64,000 bases of DNA, taken from the NCBI GenBank assembly GCA_001780275.1, contig MFGB01000007.1:66280-130279 (forward strand). Direction: 5' to 3'. This DNA comes from Candidatus Falkowbacteria bacterium RIFOXYA2_FULL_47_19. GTDB lineage: Bacteria > Patescibacteriota > Patescibacteriia > Patescibacteriales > UBA12075. The position numbers and the translations under genes are program-made. This document shows, piece by piece, positions 35,540-44,550 of the stretch (positions within the stretch are counted from its first letter, which is position 1; every line of letters begins with the position of its first letter). The notes beneath the pieces are model-generated. The model had not been told where the DNA came from and made no database searches. It was given only the letters and a program-made list of their open reading frames with translations.

Positions 35540-36448
35540 TTATTTTCCGGCGGCCTCATCAAAAAGGCCGGTGCTTAAATATTTTTCCCCCCGGTCCGGA
35601 AATATGGTAACAATATTACCGGCTTTAAGCTTCCCGGCTATTTTCAGGGCCGCGACCATGGCCGCCCCGGAGGACATGCCAACGAATATGCCTTCTTCCC
35701 GGACTATCCGGCGCGACATAAGGTACGCCTCCTCCGTGTCGATCATGATGATCTCGTCCAGTTTCGACCGGTCATAGATCGCCGGCACGATCGCCTCTTC
35801 CATATTCTTAAGCCCCTGGATATAGTGGCCTTTGACCGGTTCGGCGCTCACTATCTTTACGTCCGGCTTGTATTTCTTAAGAAACGCGGCCACGCCCATA
35901 AGCGTGCCGGACGTGCCGATGGAACTCACGAAATAATCGATTTCGCCCCCTGTCTGCCTCCAGATCTCCTGGGCCGTTGTTTCGTAGTGCGCGATCTGAT
36001 TATACTCATTGGAAAATTGATCGGGTCGAAAATATTTATCGGGGAATTTTGCCGTGAGTTCTTTGCATTTAAGGATCGCCCCGTCCGTGCCTTTGTCTCC
36101 GGGGGTCAAAGTAACTTTAGCGCCGAAAGCGGCGATCATCTTCCGGCGTTCGACCGAAACCGCTTCGCTCATGACTATTTCCGACTTATATCCCTTGACC
36201 GCCCCGATCATGGCCAGGGCGATACCGGTATTCCCGGAGGTAGCTTCGATGATCGTCTTGTCCGGAGTTAATTTACCTTCGGCTTCCGCCTGTTCGATCA
36301 TTTTAAGGGCGATCCGGTCTTTGATGCTTCCCCCCGGATTAACCCCCTCCACCTTGGCGTAAATATTAACGGCCGGTCGGGGATTTAATTTGTTTATTTT
36401 AACCATGGGCGTATGGCCGATGGTTTGAAGGATATTTTTGCAGATCAT
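35540..36448 (-). CDS. cysK: Cysteine synthase (O-acetylserine sulfhydrylase), PLP-dependent
   Basis: Motifs are NPGGSIKDRIALKMI (the Lys that binds PLP) and TSGNTGIALAMIGA. Confidence 0.85.
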   Translation of the reverse strand: MICKNILQTIGHTPMVKINKLNPRPAVNIYAKVEGVNPGGSIKDRIALKMIEQAEAEGKLTPDKTIIEATSGNTGIALAMIGAVKGYKSEIVMSEAVSVERRKMIAAFGAKVTLTPGDKGTDGAILKCKELTAKFPDKYFRPDQFSNEYNQIAHYETTAQEIWRQTGGEIDYFVSSIGTSGTLMGVAAFLKKYKPDVKIVSAEPVKGHYIQGLKNMEEAIVPAIYDRSKLDEIIMIDTEEAYLMSRRIVREEGIFVGMSSGAAMVAALKIAGKLKAGNIVTIFPDRGEKYLSTGLFDEAAGK

Positions 36449-36512
36449 TTTATTATATTTATAAATTAATCTTTAAATAAAAGACCCCAGACCGAGCCGG
36501 GGCTTAAAAGGT

Positions 36513-36719
36513 TCATTCATCGTCTTCGTCCCTCCGCACAGGCGGAGGAACATAGTCCGGGAAAGTCCTGGCAAACCAAGACTCGAAATCCATGGTGCCG
36601 TTGCCTTCGCCCAGCTTTAAGATTATTTTTGGCAGTTTTTCCGGGTTTCTCGGCTTATGCCGATTATTGCCGCGTCTTTCATCTTTTTGAGGCGTTTGGG
36701 TTTGTTGTGCCGCTTCCAC
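36513..36719 (-). CDS. Hypothetical small protein (68 aa, GTG start)
   Basis: This is a track ORF with only a weak RBS. The N-terminus is basic and the tail is acidic. Confidence 0.3.
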   Translation of the reverse strand: MEAAQQTQTPQKDERRGNNRHKPRNPEKLPKIILKLGEGNGTMDFESWFARTFPDYVPPPVRRDEDDE

Positions 36720-36926
36720 TAAATTAACCCTTTCAATGAGTAAATATAAACCGCTAATGCGCCAATTTCGCGGTTAGCGGAACCTTGGCCGGATTGAACA
36801 CAAAAAACATTGGTAAACACAGCATAACACAAAAAAAAGAAAATGTCAAGCACTTTCTTTTTTTTCCGTAAAAATATTTATAAACGATCTTTAATATGGT
36901 TAAATAACTCTAATTTTACAATAAAT

Positions 36927-38222
36927 TCACTTTAACCATTCTTCCTCCTGCCTTACTAGCAGTTTCGAGGCGCGCAAAGGATCGGCTATAATTTCTTTAA
37001 CCACTTTTTCCATCCTCATGCCCTGAGAACCCTTAACCAGAATAAGGTCGTTTTCCCGGATCCGATCCTGCATAAAGCGGCCGACTTCGGAGGAATCCGA
37101 GAAACTGAAAATCCGGTCTTCTCCCATTCCCTCTTCTTTGGCTCCATGAGCTATGTGCCTGGCCCGCTCTCCGACCGTAAAGAGCCAGTCGAAGCCGGCC
37201 CGAGCCACGTATCGGCCGACATCCTTATGGCCCTCTTCGCTATATGCGCCAAGCTCGAGCATATCACCCAAAACGACGAATTTACCCGCACCCTCTTTAA
37301 CCGGTATCCGCTTCAAAGCCCCTAAAGCCGCGATCGCGGATTTTGGTTCGGAGTTATAGGTATCGTCTATTATTGTCGTGTTTTTTATGCCCGGAATAAG
37401 ACGCATCCGGCCTTTGGGCGAATCAAATTTCCGCAAAGCTTCCGATATTTCGATCTGATTCATGCCGAAGCTTAAACCGACGGCCGCGGCCGCCAGCGCG
37501 GCATAGACGGAATTGATGCCCAAAACTCCGGGGAGAAGTATGGGGGTGTGCGAACCTTTATAGCCCATCTTAAAATTGATCCCCTTTATGTTGGCGGCGA
37601 TAGCCTCTCCCGAAAAACTATAGTTGATCTCCTGGGCGCGGATATCGGATCTTTCTTCCAGCCCGAAAGTAATTACCCGGGCGCGGCTTTCCGCCGCGAT
37701 ACGCCGGCAATCCTCGTTATCGTAATTTATGATCGACCATCCCGACGCCGGAATATTCCTGATAAGCTTGGCCTTCTCCTGGATCAATTTGTTCCTGGAA
37801 CCGAAATTTTCCGCGTGCACCGTGCCGATCATGGTCAGGATGCCCACCTTGGGCCCGGCTATGTCCAAAAGATAATCCATGTCTCCCGGATGATCAATGC
37901 CCATCTCCAATACCAGGATCCGGGGATAATCCTCGTCCTTCCGCAAAGAAAGCTTAAAACCCCGCCAGAATATCCGGATCCATCCGAAAATATTCCTCCC
38001 GGGCGATGCCGCTCCGATTATGGTCAGGGGCAGGCCGAATTCGTTATTATAATTTTTAAGGCAAGAGCCTACCCGGAATTTCCTATTAAGAACGGCGTAA
38101 ACCGCGTCCCGGGCGCTCGTTTTTCCGACGCTTCCGGTAATACCGACGACCTCCGGTTTCTGCTTCGCTATAACCAATTTCGCCAATATTTTAAGTTTTA
38201 GCTGTATGATCTTCTTTAGCAT
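36927..38222 (-). CDS. murF: UDP-MurNAc-tripeptide--D-Ala-D-Ala ligase
   Basis: The Mur ligase P-loop GITGSVGKTS is present. Its length and its position after ftsI in the dcw block also fit murF. Confidence 0.82.
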   Translation of the reverse strand: MLKKIIQLKLKILAKLVIAKQKPEVVGITGSVGKTSARDAVYAVLNRKFRVGSCLKNYNNEFGLPLTIIGAASPGRNIFGWIRIFWRGFKLSLRKDEDYPRILVLEMGIDHPGDMDYLLDIAGPKVGILTMIGTVHAENFGSRNKLIQEKAKLIRNIPASGWSIINYDNEDCRRIAAESRARVITFGLEERSDIRAQEINYSFSGEAIAANIKGINFKMGYKGSHTPILLPGVLGINSVYAALAAAAVGLSFGMNQIEISEALRKFDSPKGRMRLIPGIKNTTIIDDTYNSEPKSAIAALGALKRIPVKEGAGKFVVLGDMLELGAYSEEGHKDVGRYVARAGFDWLFTVGERARHIAHGAKEEGMGEDRIFSFSDSSEVGRFMQDRIRENDLILVKGSQGMRMEKVVKEIIADPLRASKLLVRQEEEWLK

Positions 38223-38293
38223 ATTTTATTTATAACTCCCTGGGCTTTGTGATAAATATATTAGCATAATAATCTAAAAGCTAAAAGCAATTT

Positions 38294-40222
38294 TTATCTT
38301 TCTTTCGGCACCTGGTAATAATTCAAGATAAATTCGGCGATTTCCGAAAAGAGAGGGGCCGTCGAAGAATCCGCCCAGGCCACGTCTTTAGGGTCGTTCA
38401 ATTTTACCAGCATAACGAATTTCGGGTCGTCGGCCGGCGCGAAGCCGATGAAGGTATGGATCGTCCGGCCCGCCTCATAACCCTTGGTTCCGCTGCCGGC
38501 CACCTGCGCCGTGCCGGTCTTGCCGCCGACGTAATAGCCTTTTACGGCCGCTCGCGTGGAATGGCCCTCTTCGACCACCCTGACCATCATGCCGGATAAA
38601 AGCAGCGAGGTTCTTTCGGAAATAACCCTTCTTACCGGCTGCGGCTGAGTTTTTATCCTTTCCCCTTCCGACGTCACTATTTCATCCACCACGTAAGGTT
38701 TCATCAAAATACCGCCGTTAACGACCGCCGCGTAAGCGGTTATGGTCTGGAGAGGAGTGACCGTTATTCCCTGGCCGAAAGTCGCGGTCGCGACCTCCAC
38801 CGGCCTGATAACGTCGCGCTCCAGGTTAACGATATTACCGCTTCCTTCGCCCGGCAGCTCGATTCCGGTTTTTTGCCCGAAACCGAATTTTTTGACGTAA
38901 TCCGCGAAAACCTCCGGGCCGGTTCTCTGCATAACATGGATCGAGCCGGTATTTAAGGATAGCTCCAGGACGGTGATCATATCGACCGTGCCGTGGCCGC
39001 CGAAAGTATCGAAGTCGGAATTTTTTATCGGTTTTGACCAGCCGGGTATCTTTATCGAACCCTTGTCGTTATAGGTGCTCTCCGGCGTGACCTTACCCTG
39101 GTCTATTCCGGCCGACATCGTAAAAATCTTGAAGATCGAACCGGGTTCGTATTGATCGAAGACCGCGGGATTATTGTAAATACTGATATCGTCCACCTTT
39201 CCGTAATTATTGGGGTCATAATCCGGCCAGGAGCACATCGCGATGATAGCGCCGGTTTTGGGCTCCATCACGATAACGGTTCCGCCGTCGGCGCCGTGCC
39301 GGAGGGCGGCAGCGTTAAGTTTTTGGCAGGCGTTGAACTGGATCGAGCGATTGATCGTCAGGATCAAATCGCTGCCGTTTTTAGGTTCGTTGAATTCCCG
39401 GTCATTAACGATGATCAGGCTGCCGTTACCCGACCTTTCCGCCTTGATCGATCCCGGGGCGCCGGTCAATTCCTCGTTAAAAAAATTCTCGAGGCCGTAT
39501 CGTCCGATCTTTCCGGAATCGTCGAAACCCACGAAACCGAACAGATGGGAACCGATCGAAAATTCCGGATAATAACGGTATGCCTCCATTATGTGATCTA
39601 TGCCCAGGCCGTGAAGCTCGTCGATATAAGGGTCGAGCGTTTCTTTTTCAACCTTGTATCGGATCGGTTCGTAAGGATCGTTTTCTTTTGATAATTTATC
39701 CAGATAAGCGGCAACAATGGATTTTTTTCTGGTTTCCAGTTCGAGCTCTCTTTTGATCGCCTTGAATTCTTCCCGGTTTTTAATATCGGCGGCCGCTATG
39801 CCGAGGCCATCGGAGGAGGTTGCTGAAAAATAAGGGTCTTCTTTAAGCATCTTATCGACCTCATCCTCCACGTTCTTTCGGTCGAATATTTCGTATAAAC
39901 GATCGGCCGCCTCCGCGGGACTCTTAACGTCTTTCGGTATGGCGTAAACCAGGGCGAAATCCTTATTCGTGGCCACCGGGTAAAAATCCTTCCCGTCCGG
40001 GACCGGACTGTTCTGAATATATATTTCACCGCGCGACGGCTGCAGCTTATTATATACCTGGTGCTGGTCGGAGGCTAAAGCGACATAAAGATCGTTCTTT
40101 GATACCTGGAGTCCGTACAGGCGCAGCAGGATCGATCCGGCCAATAAAAAAATAACCGTCATGACCAGATTAAGACGATTACCGTTGTCGCTTTTTTTTC
40201 GGTTGTATTTGCTGGAAATCAT
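38294..40222 (-). CDS. ftsI: Penicillin-binding protein 2/3 class transpeptidase (FtsI-like)
   Basis: It has an N-terminal TM span and the motifs SIFK (SxxK), SLN (SxN) and KTGTA. Confidence 0.85.
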   Translation of the reverse strand: MISSKYNRKKSDNGNRLNLVMTVIFLLAGSILLRLYGLQVSKNDLYVALASDQHQVYNKLQPSRGEIYIQNSPVPDGKDFYPVATNKDFALVYAIPKDVKSPAEAADRLYEIFDRKNVEDEVDKMLKEDPYFSATSSDGLGIAAADIKNREEFKAIKRELELETRKKSIVAAYLDKLSKENDPYEPIRYKVEKETLDPYIDELHGLGIDHIMEAYRYYPEFSIGSHLFGFVGFDDSGKIGRYGLENFFNEELTGAPGSIKAERSGNGSLIIVNDREFNEPKNGSDLILTINRSIQFNACQKLNAAALRHGADGGTVIVMEPKTGAIIAMCSWPDYDPNNYGKVDDISIYNNPAVFDQYEPGSIFKIFTMSAGIDQGKVTPESTYNDKGSIKIPGWSKPIKNSDFDTFGGHGTVDMITVLELSLNTGSIHVMQRTGPEVFADYVKKFGFGQKTGIELPGEGSGNIVNLERDVIRPVEVATATFGQGITVTPLQTITAYAAVVNGGILMKPYVVDEIVTSEGERIKTQPQPVRRVISERTSLLLSGMMVRVVEEGHSTRAAVKGYYVGGKTGTAQVAGSGTKGYEAGRTIHTFIGFAPADDPKFVMLVKLNDPKDVAWADSSTAPLFSEIAEFILNYYQVPKER

Positions 40223-40295
40223 AGCAAGGGTTTTCGTTTTTCTTAATGATTACACCCCTTGCGCCCGTCTCGGTCCGTGGTGTAAATTGTAATTT

Positions 40296-40709
40296 TTATT
40301 TTCTGGCTACCGCTTCGCTTATGACGGTAATGTATTCGATCGTCCCGGCTTTGACAAGATTCATGCCCAGTGCCCGCTTTTGTATGTTCTCGTAAGATTC
40401 TAATTCCGTTACCTTGTTCGTGACCAGCTTATTATTATTCTGCAGTTCCTCGGATTTAAGCCTTAACTCCCGCAGGACGAATCCTTTGATGGACAGGTCG
40501 TTTACGCTCGCCACGAAATAAATACCGTTGATTATTATAACAATAAACAAAAACTTATTCAAAATTCCCAGATAAGACCTTTCGGCCTTTTTCCCCGGAA
40601 AAATTTTAGCGTTAAAATTATAATTTTTATTTTTGTTTTTATCTTTTATTATCATAGAATCCGCTTGTTGAATAATCCGGAGATTTGGCCTAAGATCATA
40701 CTGCCGCAA
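40296..40709 (-). CDS. ftsL: FtsL-like cell-division protein (start uncertain: TTG at 40709 or ATG at 40655)
   Basis: It has a single TM span (FLFIVIIINGIYFVA) followed by a coiled-coil-like segment. It sits between rsmH and ftsI. Confidence 0.55.
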   Translation of the reverse strand: MRQYDLRPNLRIIQQADSMIIKDKNKNKNYNFNAKIFPGKKAERSYLGILNKFLFIVIIINGIYFVASVNDLSIKGFVLRELRLKSEELQNNNKLVTNKVTELESYENIQKRALGMNLVKAGTIEYITVISEAVARK

Positions 40710-40745
40710 AGATGCCGATCGCTCTTTATGGATTATAATTTTATA

Positions 40746-41732
40746 TCATATTTTCTCCGCCACCCTCATCTTGGCGCTCCTGGCCCTGGGATTCGCTGCG
40801 ACCTCTTCGGCCGCCGGTAGAACCGTTTTTTTCGTAATTATCTTTAAAACCGCCTTATGGCCGCATTGGCAGACAGGTATCTCCGCCGGACAGACGCAAT
40901 TCCGGCTTTCGGTTTTAAAGAAATTTTTCACTATCCTGTCTTCAAGGCTGTGGTAGGAAACGACGGCTATCCGCCCGCCCCTTTTCAGGATCCGAACCGC
41001 CTGCGGCAAGGCGTTTTCCAAATTACCCAGTTCATCGTTGGTGGCGATCCTTAACGCCTGAAAAGCGCGCGTGGCGAAATGGATCTTTTTGTTATGCCTA
41101 TAAACCGCCGGTACGGATCCGCCGATTATGTTCACGAGTTCTCCGGTACTTTTTATTTCTCCCTCTTTTCTCGCCTGAACGATGGCCCGCGCTATTCTTC
41201 CCGCGAATCTTTCCTCCCCGTATTCCCGCAATATTCTCGCCAATTCCGACGCAGGATAACGATTAACGATATATTCTGTCGTCCGTTTTGCGTTTTCCGT
41301 TCTCTGGCCAAAGGCCATGTCTAGCGGAGCATCCAGTTGAAAAGAGAATCCCCGGCGCCGGTCTTCGAGTTGAGCTGATGATAGACCCAGATCAAATACA
41401 ATGCCGGAAAAAACAGGTACCTCCGGAATCTCGGAATCCGCCCGAGCGGCAATCTCGGCTGACTCGCCCGCCGCCATGATCTTGTGTAAGTCTTTAAAAT
41501 TTCCATGTATGATCTTTATGTTATTGTTTTTTTCAAATCTTTTCCGCGCGTGTTCGATGGCCAGGTTGTCCAGGTCGAAAGCCGCCACCAACCCCTTCTT
41601 GCCCACGCGCTCGGCCAACGCGGCCGTATATCCCCCCCCGCCCAAGGTACAATCCATGAATTTTTCTCCGGGTTTCGGATCAAGATACTCTAACACCTCC
41701 CCCAACATGACCGGTACGTGAATATATTTCAT
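40746..41732 (-). CDS. rsmH: 16S rRNA (cytosine1402-N4)-methyltransferase
   Basis: Motifs are HVPVMLGEVLEYL, DCTLGGGGY and SYHSLEDRIVK. The start was moved to the ATG at 41732. Confidence 0.92.
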   Translation of the reverse strand: MKYIHVPVMLGEVLEYLDPKPGEKFMDCTLGGGGYTAALAERVGKKGLVAAFDLDNLAIEHARKRFEKNNNIKIIHGNFKDLHKIMAAGESAEIAARADSEIPEVPVFSGIVFDLGLSSAQLEDRRRGFSFQLDAPLDMAFGQRTENAKRTTEYIVNRYPASELARILREYGEERFAGRIARAIVQARKEGEIKSTGELVNIIGGSVPAVYRHNKKIHFATRAFQALRIATNDELGNLENALPQAVRILKRGGRIAVVSYHSLEDRIVKNFFKTESRNCVCPAEIPVCQCGHKAVLKIITKKTVLPAAEEVAANPRARSAKMRVAEKI

Positions 41733-41821
41733 ACGACATGGAGCACGGAGCATGAAGCACTAACGGTTTGCGCGTCGCGTGTCGCATGCTTCATGTTCCA
41801 TGCGCTAAAGCACTAAAGCGC
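41731..41821. repeat. 7-nt-periodic array upstream of rsmH with partly complementary halves
   Basis: The first half reads atggagc acggagc atgaagc actaacg. The second half reads tgcttca tgttcca tgcgcta. atgaagc pairs with gcttcat. Confidence 0.65.
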
Positions 41822-42017
41822 GCGTTCGGGCAAAAATAATACTCCGCAACTCCTCCGTATCCACCAGCGGCGCTTTTATTATCCGCACTTTCACGGTCTT
41901 GGGTTGCAGAGCGACTTTTGTTTCGCACTTGATTTTTTTTGTCATATTTTTATTTTTGTTTTTCCGCCCGAGGCGGATATTTTTGGTTTTTTTGCGTGAT
42001 TCGACTTTCTTTATTTG

Positions 42018-42449
42018 TCAAATTCCCAGCTCACCCAGCGCCTCCGCGATTTCCCCGGAATCTTTTTCCGTACCTTGCTTATATTTATCCCAGGCTTCCT
42101 CTTCCCAGATTTCCAACCGATCGAACAATCCGGCGATCACGGTTTTTTTATTTAAAACCGCGAACTCCCTCAGGTATTCCGGCAAATTAATCCGGCCCTG
42201 ATTATCAAGATCGACATCCATGGCTCCGGCCAGCATCAAACGGGAAAACGCCCGGGCCTTGGATTGGCTGATCGGCAGATCGGCGAGCTTCCGGGCGATC
42301 TTCTCCCATTGCTCATGGGTATATAAAAAGAGGCACCGATCCAGACCGCGGGTCACGACCGCCCCTCCCTTAAGCTTATCCCTGAATTTTACCGGAATCG
42401 CCAGCCTTCCCTTGTCGTCTAAATTATGTTTATATTCTCCGATAAACAT
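42018..42449 (-). CDS. mraZ: Transcriptional regulator MraZ
   Basis: The N-terminus reads MFIGEYKHNLDDKGRLAIPVKFR, and a second half-repeat GRINLPEYLREF is present. The start was moved to the ATG at 42449. Confidence 0.9.
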   Translation of the reverse strand: MFIGEYKHNLDDKGRLAIPVKFRDKLKGGAVVTRGLDRCLFLYTHEQWEKIARKLADLPISQSKARAFSRLMLAGAMDVDLDNQGRINLPEYLREFAVLNKKTVIAGLFDRLEIWEEEAWDKYKQGTEKDSGEIAEALGELGI

Positions 42450-43173
42450 ATTGCGGCGGATTAATAAAAAATATAACAAGATGTTTTTTAGCACCTGCTA
42501 TATTCTTCCTTTCTTTATGATTTTACCCCCGCCGCCTTTCCGGTTAGCAGGTGTAGTCCCCTTTTATTCGTGCGGGGTAAATTGATATCAGGTTGGGTTT
42601 TTCCGCCAAAAGGCGGCAAAGCCCAGCATAATTCAACTTATGAATTATATAAACACGACAAGCACGCAAACTAAGGATCAAGAGGAGGCTGATCTTGGGA
42701 TTTTGCCCTTGATGATCAGACCCCTTCTTCGCCTTAATTTTTCCCGTTTCCGGGAATTTTTTTGTTTTTGCTCTTTTGAGGGAGCAAATAGCATCCCCAT
42801 GCTATTGTTCCGTACCCCGAGAGGTTTTACGGAACTATTTTTTTGTTTTCTTGTTAGCGCGAAATGTCTTAGCTAACAATTTTATCCGCCCGGAAACGGT
42901 CTATGAACATATCTTATCCGGTTTATTTTATTTTTGTTTTTGTCTTTGACGTATTTTTTGGATTTTCTCCACTATTCCCCATTTCACACCATTATAATTT
43001 AATCATACACCACTTTTGCCCAAAAGTCAATCAGCCGTAAGATAGAAAAAACCAGCTAACTTAAGCTTTTTTATTAACAAAAAAACCGGCTTGTTAATAA
43101 GCGGCTCTTTGACCTTCTTTTATGGTTAATAACTTTTAAACCGTTTGTCAACAGGTAATCCACAACTCTTTCA

Positions 43174-43229
43174 CGTAACGCATAACGTGGAACGCGTATA
43201 CTGCTATCTATGCATTATGCGTTACGCGA
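43174..43229. repeat. 7-nt-periodic inverted repeat overlapping the tsaB 3' end
   Basis: Units are cgtaacg cataacg tggaacg ... tatgcat tatgcgt tacgcga. The perfect 11-bp arms are cgtaacgcata (43174-84) and tatgcgttacg (43216-26). Confidence 0.7.
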
Positions 43230-43591
43230 GGATACGTTATATTCGGCTCCCGATCATATTCCGGCTTTATAACCGAAAATTTACCGGTATTTTTTTTAGT
43301 ATTAGCCACTTTATCGTTCGTAACCGGCACCCCGAGCGCGTATCCCAGAGCATTGGCGGTTACCACGCCGATGCGCAGGGCGGTAAAACCGCCGCCATGA
43401 TTACAGACGATAATTTTAGCGATATCTTTAAGTCGGTATTTATTTTTGTCCAGGATTTTTTTTATTGCCGGCAATAATTTTTCCGCCTGACTGTATTTGG
43501 CGCTGAATTTTTTCCGGGAAATTACTCGGGTCCCCTCTTTTAGATGAAGAGCAATATTATGGTCCTGGGTAGTATCGATAAATAAATCCAT
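43208..43591 (-). CDS. tsaB: TsaB (YeaZ)-like t6A biosynthesis protein, short form (127 aa)
   Basis: Motifs are MDLFIDTT.. and IIVCNHGGGFTALRIGVVTANALGYALGVPV (the GPGSFTGLRIG-type motif). Only the N-terminal ASKHA half seems to be present. Confidence 0.6.
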   Translation of the reverse strand: MDLFIDTTQDHNIALHLKEGTRVISRKKFSAKYSQAEKLLPAIKKILDKNKYRLKDIAKIIVCNHGGGFTALRIGVVTANALGYALGVPVTNDKVANTKKNTGKFSVIKPEYDREPNITYPRVTHNA

Positions 43592-43660
43592 AAAATAAAG
43601 TTTCGTATATCCTTAAATACTGTCTAATATTAACTTTTTTTTGTTTATCCGTCAATCTAC

Positions 43661-43689
43661 TTGACAATATATTGTTTCTATGATAATAT
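43661..43689 (+). promoter_or_regulatory. Consensus sigma70-like promoter of the 43880-46157 operon
   Basis: TTGACA (43661-66), a 17-nt spacer, then TAATAT (43684-89). ACTTGACAATAT is identical to the 12-mer at 22159. Confidence 0.55.
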
Positions 43690-43695
43690 ATATCA

Positions 43696-43714
43696 AATTA
43701 ACATGTTGTTAATT
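43696..43714 (+). promoter_or_regulatory. Perfect 8-3-8 palindrome at the predicted transcription start (operator-like)
   Basis: AATTAACA tgt TGTTAATT begins about 7 nt after the -10 element. Confidence 0.4.
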
Positions 43715-43879
43715 TAAACAATTTAAGATAAATGATTGCGGTCCTACCGTGATTATTTATATACCTGGCTCTTTGTAAACTTAATAACCAAATCAGTAAC
43801 CAAGGAAGGGAGGTGTTCAGGTTTTTTTGGTTAGGAATTTATTTTTTTCGAAAACCCACAACAGAAACAGGAGAAACAC

Positions 43880-44482
43880 ATGAAACGTCTCGCGCTTATT
43901 ATCACCATCATCATCGCCATCATCGCTCCCTTGTCCCCTGCTACGGCCTGCGACGGCCCCAACTGCGACACCATCACTGGCGCCTCTAACGGCACCGTGG
44001 ACACCAGCCAATGGATGAGTCTCAACAAGGAGGCTTTGTCCGACGGCTGGAAATTTATGGCCGATGGCGGACAAAAAATCACGGGCCAGGGCCATGCCGG
44101 CTACGGCCTCTCTGTCGCCGGCAAGGGCGAACTTAATCAGGCGCACTGGATGAATAACCAGGCCGCCACGCCCAACGCCAACGTCTGGCATATGGACGCG
44201 GCGGACATGACGCTCAAGGCCGGTGCCGAAACCGGCGGCAGGTGCGCGGATTTCAAGATTGAAGCCGCCGCTAACCGCTCGGCTACGACCGAAACCCATG
44301 CTGGCGAAAACAGCATGTCTGCCAAGACGGGACACGCCGTCGACGCTTCATTCAGCGTCAAGGGCGCCAATCCGTCAGCCGCGGTTGATATCAGGAGTCA
44401 AACCGAATACCTTCAGATACCTACCAAATTCCAGGGCTATCAGACCGGAATAAGCGAGATTATTATCAAGGGCAACCGCTAA
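43880..44482 (+). CDS. Secreted hypothetical protein (200 aa)
   Basis: The RBS is AGGAG. The signal peptide is MKRLALIITIIIAIIAPLSPATAC. The protein is Gly/Ala/Asn-rich, and no family was recognised. Confidence 0.75.
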   Translation: MKRLALIITIIIAIIAPLSPATACDGPNCDTITGASNGTVDTSQWMSLNKEALSDGWKFMADGGQKITGQGHAGYGLSVAGKGELNQAHWMNNQAATPNANVWHMDAADMTLKAGAETGGRCADFKIEAAANRSATTETHAGENSMSAKTGHAVDASFSVKGANPSAAVDIRSQTEYLQIPTKFQGYQTGISEIIIKGNR

Positions 44483-44550
44483 CCGATATTTAACGGTCTG
44501 ACAGCCCGCAGGCTGTCAGACCGCTTTACCACCACCCGAAAGGATAAAGC

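Noticed and set aside
20056-42020. Alternative genetic code (UGA reassignment, as in some CPR lineages)
   Set aside because: TGA ends well-delimited conserved genes at their expected lengths (the WbaP-like gene at 20056 and mraZ at 42018). No conserved gene shows internal TGA. The only in-frame stop noted is a TAA.
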